32,332 bases of DNA. Origin: Octopus bimaculoides. Taxonomy: Eukaryota. The DNA lies in assembly GCF_001194135.2 (NCBI RefSeq), contig NC_068986.1, forward strand, positions 52,534,691-52,567,022, written 5' to 3'. Both the position numbers and the translations under genes were made by a program. Position 1 is the stretch's first letter. Each line of letters starts with the position of its first letter. The notes under the pieces were generated by a model, which worked only from the letters and a program-made list of their open reading frames with translations, did no database searches and was not told the origin of the DNA. Below, one piece after another: positions 23,551 through 32,332 of the stretch.

Positions 23551-24243
23551 CTGAAACGAAGGAACAGCGTGTTTCCGTGAAATCCTGCTTTCTGCTGGGG
23601 AAAACAGTGAACGAAGCAGTTGCCATCCTTGAAACAGCTTACAAGGACGCTCATATGAGCAAAATACTTGGTAATGTGTGGTTTCCACGCTTTAGGAATA
23701 GTCTCTGGTAGCGTGAAGATCAATCTTGTTCAGGGCGTGTCGACCTCCCGAACGAATGGAAACATCATGAAAATTCATGAACTGATTATTGGAGGATCAT
23801 CACCAGACAATTGTGGAATATATTGATTGATATAACTGGTGTGTCCTGGAGCTCCTGCCAATGAATTTTGAGCGAGAAATTGCGAATGAAAAGAGTTGCC
23901 GCAAGATTTCTGTCTTGCTTGCTGACGGAAAATCAAAAGTAGTCACAACTGAATGAGTGTCGTGAACTGAAAGAACGGTTGGAAGTTGATCCAGGTCATC
24001 ACTGGTGACGGAAGCTGATGCTATGGAATTTGCAGATGTGGAATAGATGAAGAAATAAACGAGGAATTAAATGGTATCACTTCGCAAGAGTTCCCGCACT
24101 GCTTCGAATAATGGAAAACGCGCCCGGACCGATGCATCGTTTCAAATGGAGAATACTTTGAAGGCGATAAACGTGTAAACATGTAAAACTGAGTGAATAA
24201 AATAATATTGCAAAATTTCGGGTTTTTTTGGATACTCAGTCGT
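23551..24243 (+). mobile_element. Internally deleted mariner transposon, decayed transposase
   Basis: ETKEQRVSVKSCFLLGKTVNEAVAILETAYKD...WFPRFRN...SGR (HTH), MKRVAARFL (WVPHEL-like linker) and VITGDGS*CYG (first catalytic D). The sequence then jumps to FADVE...CFE*WK...DRCIVSNGEYFEG with a stop at 24184-24186. A TIR-like end lies at about 24215-24243. Confidence 0.85.
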
Positions 24244-24867
24244 TTGCATATATCTATAGACACCCACCCACATGTATGTATATATGTATGCATGCATGTA
24301 TGTATGTATGTATGTATACACACGCGCATACACGCACATAGAGTAAAAGAGAGAGAAAGAGAGACGGAGCGAGTTTGAACAGTTTCTCGTAACTACACTT
24401 ATTACAGTGGGTCAAGTACTTCTATAGTTCTGTTTCTCTTGAATATCTCCAACGAGTAGTTCCAGTATTTCTTGACGATCGCCGAACCAGTGTGCCTTCG
24501 GAGAAAATAACTTGTGTACCTTGTGGCTATTGATTACGTGCTGTTGCACGCACGCCTTTACTGTTGTTCAGTTGTTTATGTTAACCGAAAGAGGAATGCC
24601 ATACTGTTGCACTCCAATGACTTATAACAGGAAAATAATGCGGAAATATGCTTTCAGGGTACTATTTATTGAGAAGCAAATCAAAACTCGTATTAAATAT
24701 TATTTCTCGTAATGGGTTAATATTTGAATAAAAACCTTATGAAAACATTGAAATGTGATTTAATTTAGGGTAAGTGGAAAATACAAGCCATGTAGATATA
24801 TAATCAGATAGAGAATAGCATTTTCGTTGACATGAACTAATTAGGCAGTTTGGAAACTATTTTTAAT

Positions 24868-24982
24868 GGTATTTTTACATGGATGATATCAAAGCAGTAA
24901 TTTAGCATGGACGATATCAAAGCGGTATTTTAGCATGGACGATATCAAAGCGGTATTTTAGCATGGACGATATCAAAGCAGT
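24868..24982. repeat. 28-bp tandem repeat, about 4 copies
   Basis: Unit catggacgatatcaaagcggtattttag, starting at 24878, 24906, 24934 and 24962, with no spacers. Confidence 0.95.
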
Positions 24983-25252
24983 CCATATAAACAAGATGAG
25001 AAGAAAAGTGAAGAATAATTGCTTTGAAATAAATATTCAAGGCCAGAAAAATTTTAAAGCAGTCATTTCAATATTAATACATTTAACAGTTTCAAATATA
25101 GCAATATACTTTTTGTTTCAGGTAAAATAAAAAGAAAGGCATTCATATATAGTATATGTTGATTTTAAAAACCAATTAAGAAGTTTTATATTCAACGAAC
25201 TATGTATAAAAAATAAGAATGCAATGTCACGAGTAACTACTGAGTGATATAA

Positions 25253-25638
25253 ATCCCATAAATAATGAGGTTTTATCAATTGCATGAACAAAAAGTCGGA
25301 GGAGGACGGGATGCACTACCTGCACCAACTTCCTCTAAAATCAGGTAGTAATTTTACATTGTATATATTCTTAGTGCAAGCTTTGAAGAGTGAACTACGA
25401 TTTTAACAGTTATTTTCTGAAAGTTATAATGGAAGTGACAAAGGAGAATATTCGGTATATGTTTTCTTTATGAGTTCAATAAAGGCAGCAACGCAAAGGT
25501 AAGTGCGAGGAATATTAATGCAGTATATGGGATCGGACAATAAGCGTATGCCAGTGTCAACGATGGTTCCAGAAATTCCGAGCCGGAAACTACAGCCTAG
25601 ACGAAGGGCCTCGTCCTGGTAGATCTGTAGAACTCGAT
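25253..25638 (+). mobile_element. Mariner transposon 5' part (leader plus N-terminal transposase), truncated
   Basis: ATG at 25429 gives, with frameshifts, MEVTKENIRY...YEFNKGSNAKVSARNINAVYG...CQRWFQKFRAGNYSLDEGPRPGRSVELD, a mariner HTH region. Confidence 0.85.
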
Positions 25639-25691
25639 ATATTGGTTTCACGCACGAAGGCACGCACACACACACATACACACACATGCAC

Positions 25692-25706
25692 AGAGAGAGA
25701 GAGAGA

Positions 25707-25742
<36 letters not shown>

Positions 25743-25962
25743 GAGAGAGAGAGAGAGAGAGAGAGAGATTGAGAGATAGGCAGACAGACAGATCGATAGA
25801 TAGACAGACCGATAGATAGACAGACAGACAGACAGACAGAGAGCTGGATGCATACATACATACATACATACATACATACATACATACGTACGTACATACA
25901 TACATGCATACATACATACATACATACATTCATACATACATGCGTACAAACATACATACATA
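25692..25962. repeat. Compound (GA)n/(GACA)n followed by (CATA)n (25850-25962)
   Basis: Read directly from the sequence. Confidence 0.95.
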
Positions 25963-27279
25963 TTCCCGAGAATATTATGCCAGACTTCGAAAGATATGGC
26001 AGTCGAAACTCTCCTCACGATGCATTTGCAGTACCAATGCTGATTCTAACAGTTATGTGACTTCACTAGTCTGTAGAAGAAATCCACTTCAAAGATATTA
26101 AAACCTGCAAAATTCTGACATGAACTAGAAATCTTCGCAAAAATAGTAATACCGACAGATCTACCCAAGAATAAATGAAGTAGGCAGAGGCTTGAGATCA
26201 GTGCAGATAGCCTTTGTACGTTGTCTAGTCTCCCTTTCAGACAACACTTGATAAACAACAGCAGCAAACATAAAATGCATTCACTTAGTGATGAAATGTG
26301 AAGAGAACAATTTCCTATGTGCTGGAAGTGAGCTCCCTTGGAAGCACTCTCTTCTTGATAACTTCCTATACAATCCCAAGGCAGCCGGACTAATATATCC
26401 CAAGGAAGAGCTGGATGAGAAACGCTCAGCATAAAGCGTAATATCAACATGAAGCGAACCTTTTCTTGGACACGTGACCACTATGTCACATCACAATTCG
26501 AAGGCTTTATATCTGCAAGAACAGATTGCAATTAAATACCTAATAAACAAAAGCGACAGGGAATTCTTTGGGTTTCCAAGATGTAACCGAAAATGTAGAT
26601 TATGTCATATTTCTGCCTATGTAAATAACAACTGCCCAAAAATATAGTCAAGATACTACCGCCCTATGCGACACGACGTTGTCGCAAAAATAATATGCAA
26701 CTTGGAAAAAAAAAAAGACTGCCCTAGAATAGATATAGAAAATCCTCTTGTTACTGAATACATATACAAACATGAAAACAAGGAATACTAATGGAATGGT
26801 CCCATCAAAACATGTGATGTGTAAGCATAACAACCGAATATTATTGTTTGGGACAGAGAAATAAATATATTTATCATCATAGAGGTCAGCTGTCCTGCTG
26901 ATGTGACTATCTCTTTGAAAATCAAAGAGACAGAGGATAACTATGGACAACTACTTCGAAACCTCCCGCTTCTTTATGCAGATTACAAATTTACATTTAT
27001 ACTAATAATAATTGGTGTTCTTGGTTTTGTGAAAAAATGCCCAACTGACTGTCAGGATAAGCTTACAAAAAAAAACAATAAAAAAATATATGACATCAAC
27101 TAACTCGCACATTATAAACTTGCAATCTGTAAGTTGAACGGTAAAAATATCCTAGACCTTTTCCAAGTTTAAAACGTGACATTGCTTTCGTTATCTACAT
27201 CCCAACGATGAAGCTTTGTATGTTTGAAACCAGCTTCTTCCTCAGCGGAAGACTTTGAATGTTTAAAAACAGAAGAGAA
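25963..27279 (+). mobile_element. 5'-truncated R4/Dong-like non-LTR retrotransposon (RLE clade), copy B
   Basis: Fragments: EYYARLRKIWQSKLSS, AFAVPMLI, RLYPRIN*VGRGL, RCNRKCRLCHI...NCPKI*SRYYRPMRHDVVAK, PNIIVWDREINIFIIIEVSCPADV, KETEDNYGQLLRNL. These are homologous to copy A at the protein level. Confidence 0.85.
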
Positions 27280-27301
27280 CATACATACATTCATACATAC
27301 A

Positions 27302-27696
27302 TGTTGTTGGCACTTCGTCGCTTACGACGTCGAGGGTTCCAGTTGATCTGATCAACGGAACAGCCTACTCGTGAAATTAACGTGCAAGTGGCTGAGCACT
27401 CCACAGACGCGTGTACTCTTAACGTAGTTCTCAGGGATATTCAGCGTGACACAGTGTGACAAGGCTGACCCTTTGAATTACAGGCACAACAGAAACAGGA
27501 AGTAAGAGTGAGAGAAAGTTGTGGTGAAAGAGTATAGCAGGTTTCGCCACCATCTCCTGCCGAAGCCTCGTGGAGCTTTAGGTGTTTAGGTGTTTTCGCT
27601 CAATAAACACTCTCAACGCCCGGTCTGGGAATCGAAACCGCGATCCTATGACCGCGAGTCCGCTGCTCTAACCACTGGGCCATTGCGCCTCCGCAC
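27302..27696 (-). mobile_element. tRNA-derived SINE, full length and little diverged
   Basis: The minus-strand head has a perfect A box TGGCCCAGTGG and B box GGTTTCGATTCC. The 3' end has a CGTCG/CGACG stem-loop and a short (CAA)n tail. Confidence 0.85.
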
Positions 27697-28294
27697 ATAN
27701 NNNNNNNNNCCGCGAGTCCGCTGCTCTAACCACTGGGCCATTGCGCCTCCGCACATACATACATACATATATACATACATACATACATACATACATACAT
27801 ACATACATACATACATACAATGGTCAATATATTATTCTTTTACAGTTTTCAGATATTGGACGGCGATCATGCCAGAACCCCACTTTCGAAGTTTTAGACG
27901 ATCACATCAACCTATTCATTATCTCAATTTGTTGTTTGTTTTATCGATCTGTTTGTCGAAATGTCAAGATCGGTTAGATGTTCTTTGTTACACTTCATTG
28001 GTGTTCTGAAATTCTCACTTCAATATGTTCGTTTAGGACATTATCTCTCAAACTAGTAGTCCTTTTCTATGTTCTACCACTTTTGCAATGTCTCTTTATA
28101 ATTCAATGAATTCGTTTTTAATGTACATACACATAATATTAATTCAGGATAATTTAGCTATAGTTACTAGTTTGACACGGGTGACTACTTATTATGGAAC
28201 CTTACTATTCTAAGCGAATATTTGATGCATTATTTCATAGTTATTGACCCAGTTGTTAGTACGTGACTTCGACAAAACTCAGACATATTTTTGT

Positions 28295-28470
28295 GAAAAG
28301 GTTAGACTATCGGATAAAATGCTTTGTGGTAATTTGTTCCGTTACTTTACCTTTTAAGTTCAAATCCCGGCTAGATCAGTTTTACTTTCATTTTTACGGA
28401 ATCAATAACATAAAGTATCAGTGAGGTACTACGTTCAATAATATCGACCAGCACCTCACCTTAAAATTGA
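28295..28470 (+). mobile_element. Degenerate SINE (family of 7581-8011)
   Basis: aaaatgctttgtggtaatttgttccg...aagttcaaatcccggctagatcagttttactttcatt...aaagtatcagt follows the head and body of that family. Confidence 0.5.
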
Positions 28471-28799
28471 TTAGTTGAAATGTTATTTTTATATTTGGTG
28501 TTTTAGTTATATTTTCTATAAGTTCACTCATATACATATGCAGATTTCTCTGCTCTCCAGCGAAATAACACATTATGTTTATACAGCGAGTCCCATAATA
28601 TTTCGATTGGTGGCTATTGATACGTATTATCCATTTCCCTTAATACATTTTCTTCTTCTAGTCATTGTTTACAATGTTTTTTTTTTTAATATGCCCCAAA
28701 ATTATGAGACAGTCTGTATATGTAGGTAAACTAAGAGTTGAACATGTCACACAGCAAGAATTGACAATTTCAAGCATGAACATTTTCATATTTTTAATT

Positions 28800-29180
28800 C
28801 TTAGTGCAATGCGGCCATGCTGGAGCACCACTTGAAAGAGTAAGTCGAACAAATCGATCGGAGCACTTGTTTTAAGTTTGGCACTTATTCTATCGGTCTC
28901 TTTTGCCGAACCACTAATATAGAGGGATGTCAATAAACCAACACTGGTAACGAGGTGGCAGAGGACGAGTGCGAGCACAAATACAAATACAAAAACATAT
29001 AAATATCTATATACGACGTGCTTCCATGCAGTTTCCGGTTACTAAATTCATTCACAAAACATTAATCAGAAAAGCGGAAATAGCAAAACACTCATACCAA
29101 ATGTGCCGAGCCGTGGGACCGAGCTCGAAATCACATGGCTGCAAAGCGAGTTTCTCAATCATGTAAGCCATGCCTGCTCT
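28800..29180 (-). mobile_element. tRNA-derived SINE (family of 6135-6505)
   Basis: gcggccatgctggagcacc...tagtcgaacaaatcga...cttattctatcggtctcttttgccgaacc...cagtttccggttactaaattcattcacaa...gtgggaccgagctcgaaatcacatgg is collinear with 6135-6505. Confidence 0.8.
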
Positions 29181-29273
29181 TATATATGTCTCATAAATTA
29201 TACTTTTGTCTGTTGTTTATGATTTGTACACAAAGGTATAATTTATATGCATATTAAGTTCTGTATATTTACA

Positions 29274-29410
29274 CAAGATGAAACACAATGGAAGCGTGCT
29301 GGGTCCATAATCTGGAAGTCAGTAGATCAAAACGACGTTCTGTTATCTTCTTTTTTGGTGGTGCTCCAGCATGGCCAGAGATCTGAGCTGACGGTAATAA
29401 AAGAGTAAAG
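29274..29410 (+). pseudogene. Initiator tRNA-Met-derived sequence joined to a SINE 3' tail
   Basis: 29290-29345 matches the conserved animal initiator tRNA-Met (recalled sequence) at 42 of 56 positions by hand count. It keeps anticodon CAT and the initiator-type GATC.AAA T-loop. It is followed by T6 and a 19-bp exact inverted match to the SINE tail at 28813-28831. Confidence 0.65.
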
Positions 29411-29895
29411 GAATATATACGTGAGTTTGTCGAATGCGTTAAGATTAATTCTTAACGCGTTAAAATCATTGTTACATCGACGCTATACACATTACAATCT
29501 ATAATATAATACTTATGGCATTTCAACTTATAATATAACATCATAGCAGTATACAAACACGATAATAATTTATTTTCTATTTGCCAGTGATATTAATACT
29601 AGATATCATACTATATCCCAAAAGAAATGAAGCGAAATCTTCATTTACATCATAATACCATATACCATACACCATACAATATACGCTAGAAATGGATCCT
29701 CAAAGAGTGTTATATTTACACAGTGCCTTAACCCGCGTGTGTGTGTATGTGTATGTGTGTGCGTGTGCGTAGGTGTGTACATATGTGCATATGTACGTGT
29801 ATATGTAAATATATATATATGTGTGTATGTATGCATTTATTATATATAAATATATATATGTGATATATAATACAATTATAAATATATATATAATA

Positions 29896-29984
<89 letters not shown>

Positions 29985-30073
29985 GTAATATAAAGCTGAA
30001 GCAAATTAACACCGAATATACAGTGCGTGTATTTTTATTGAATAAACTGGCAATATGACCATCCCCAAGTACA

Positions 30074-30206
30074 NNNNNNNNNNNNNNNNNNNNNNNNNNN
30101 NNNNNNNNNNNNNNNNNNNNNNNNNNNNNNNNNNNNNNNNNNNNNNNNNNNNNNNNNNNNNNNNNNNNNNNNNNNNNNNNNNNNNNNNNNNNNNNNNNNN
30201 NNNNNN
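30074..30206. other. Assembly gap (133 N)
   Basis: Run of N. Confidence 1.
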
Positions 30207-30904
30207 ATATATATATATATATATATAACATAGTTCAAGGTGTATACATACATATATAATATAGTTCTGTGTGTAAGTCTAGACATAAATATATAGGTGT
30301 ATATGTTAATATACATGGATGATAAAACAATCATGAAGCTTTGCTTATAAAACCTGTCTAGTATTCCCTTTCACATTTCTAAAATATGAGAGAATCATAC
30401 CAGGTACTTTATTTCTCTTTGATAATTTATAACTTTGAACGGAACCAAAATGACTATATGAAATAAAGCTTAAAAATTGGTAGAGAAATTGAAAGTGAAA
30501 TAGAGAGGAAAATATATAGAAGTAGAGGAAGGGTTATTAGTTGCCTTTAGAAATACAACAGCATTAGAAGGATGGAAAATAATGATTGTAGAATGGGTGT
30601 GGACTGCGGAATATAGTAGAGAATTATAGTACGAATGAAGAAAGAGTTGTGGTGGATATTAGTACATAAATCAAAGAACATTACTGAATAGTAATTCATT
30701 TTGCAAATCAATACGGAAGATGACAAAAAAGAGAAACAAATAGAATGAAGAGGCTAGATAGAAAGAAAAAATCAGAAAGACAATGGACGAATAAATTTGA
30801 AACGATAACAAGAAAAGAACTTGTGAGTGAGAGAAGATAGGAAATCGGCCAAACAGAATAGGAAATATTGATTTCTAAAATAGAAAAAGAGACGCACGTG
30901 CAGA

Positions 30905-31025
30905 GAAGGAGGTGCAGACGATTACATCGACAGTAGTACGTAATTTTATCCACTGGAACTTATTTTATCGATCTCTGAAAACAGAAAGGCAAAGCAAAGA
31001 CACTCAGTTTGGAATTTGATATCGA
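30905..31025 (-). mobile_element. Degenerate SINE fragment (family of 7581-8011)
   Basis: gacgattacatcgac...actggaacttattttatcgatc...aaaggcaaag...ggaatttga matches the body of that family. Confidence 0.45.
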
Positions 31026-31278
31026 ATAACCCACACTATATACCATAATGCATTTTATCGTAGGCTCTATAGTTCTGCGTATTAGCTGCTCCTATAAAAC
31101 AGAGAATAAGGAAACATAGAACAAGGGAATTTGCATTATAGAGTCGACTAGAGACAAAGAGAATTTGTGTAAGTGGGAAAGAGAAAAGGTGTGAGCTGCA
31201 CTGAATCATAAGAGACATATTACATGTCACTCTCACTCACTTTCTTCATAAACACATACAAAGACACATGTATATATA

Positions 31279-31493
31279 TGAGGGGCTGCTGAAAAATTCC
31301 TGGCATTGAGTAAAAGAAAATACAGGAAGATCAACCAATTGTGTTTTATTCAACATATTCCCCTCTCAAATTTACACATTTATTGCAGCGGTCCTCAGCT
31401 TTTCTAAGCCCACTAAAAGAACTTGGAACGCTGGGCCTTCAACCAGGCTTTTCACAACATCCATAAAGCCAGGGACTTTTCAACACCTCCTCA
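31279..31493 (-). mobile_element. Mariner-derived MITE (215 bp)
   Basis: Imperfect TIRs of about 28 bp (TGAGGGGCTGCTGAAAAATTCCTGGC versus the reverse complement of the right end, TGAGGAGGTGTTGAAAAGTCCCTGGC). The left flank is TA and the right flank is TG. The minus-strand interior encodes GLEK..DRCNKCVNLRGEYVE*, a mariner transposase C-terminus. Confidence 0.8.
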
Positions 31494-31502
31494 TGTCTGG
31501 AG

Positions 31503-31606
31503 AGACAGACGGACGGACGGATAGACAGACAGAAAGACAGGCAGGCAGACACATAAGCAGACAGAAAGACAGAAAGACAAATAGTCAATCGGACAGATAG
31601 ACAGAC

Positions 31607-31682
<76 letters not shown>
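31503..31682. repeat. Compound (GACA)n/(GATA)n microsatellite
   Basis: Read directly from the sequence. Confidence 0.95.
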
Positions 31683-31683
<1 letters not shown>

Positions 31684-32332
31684 TAAATTCCTAGTTAAAA
31701 GGAATTTTATAATAAAATAACTAGTCTTTTTTTTATTGAGTAATTGTATCAATAAAAGTGTTGTAGTTAATCTTAAAATTATTTGAAGATCGCTGAAATA
31801 AACGCACACACAGACATATATACAAACGCATACATACACTCAAACAATTGTTGATGGAGTTTTTGAAATGGTACAAATTGTAGACGAAATTGTGTTTGTT
31901 GCAGCTTGGTGACTAATTGCCAATGCTTTGTGTGGTGGGTGCTGTGGTATGGAGAAGTGTTCTATCAGTCACTATTTGGATAAACATTTATATGTGATGA
32001 ATCAAGGAGTGCGAAATCCGAATAATGGGTGGTGGAAGTATGTTGGCTGGTGATAGGTATGTGTGATAATTAGTTGGCTCTGCATGGGTAGATTCATGGT
32101 TATGGACAGCAGTAAAGGGGAAAAATAAAATTGAATTTGGTTAAAAGCAGATATCAATAATTTTTTTGAAAATAAATGTTTGGATTCATTTTGGTAAGAT
32201 TAGTTATTTGCTAATTTGCAACAGCAGACAGGTGTGTGGATATTAGATTAAATTAAGAGTGTAGATGAATACGACGTTGTAATTTTAACACATATACATC
32301 TGTCTGCAAAAGATTTATACATATATTTATCT

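Noticed and set aside
24868-24982. 28-bp repeats as a CRISPR array
   Set aside because: The units are directly adjacent with no spacers, the context is eukaryotic, and there are no cas genes.
27652-27757. Exact 48-bp duplication (27652-27699 and 27710-27757) of the SINE head
   Set aside because: The copies sit on either side of a 10-N gap and are identical, which is typical of unmerged contig overlap.
31850-32332. Possible CR1/Jockey-like LINE 3' end on the minus strand
   Set aside because: There is only a faint NLYHFKNSIN resemblance, too degenerate to support a call.

Overview
AT-rich, microsatellite-dense eukaryotic genomic DNA from a gapped assembly (about 2.0 kb of N in 10 gaps). The repeat repertoire looks like an octopus (cephalopod) genome; this is an inference from my recognition of the repeat families, not a search result. 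I find no intact host gene, rRNA, functional tRNA or CRISPR array. Nearly all ORFs in the supplied track are artefacts of microsatellites or N runs. The window is a graveyard of mobile elements: two Penelope-like fragments, two 5'-truncated R4/Dong-like (restriction-like endonuclease) non-LTR retrotransposons, three mariner-derived pieces, a Tigger/pogo 5' end, about ten tRNA-derived SINE copies and a possible LTR. The most interesting signals are: (i) both R4/Dong-like copies abut (CATA)n tracts in the same orientation, suggesting microsatellite targeting; (ii) their 3' UTRs share a stem-loop with compensatory base changes; (iii) degenerate minimal hammerhead-ribozyme motifs; (iv) an initiator-tRNA-Met-derived head joined to a SINE tail; (v) a chimera of two mariner families. 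All alignments and translations were done by hand, and element boundaries are approximate.
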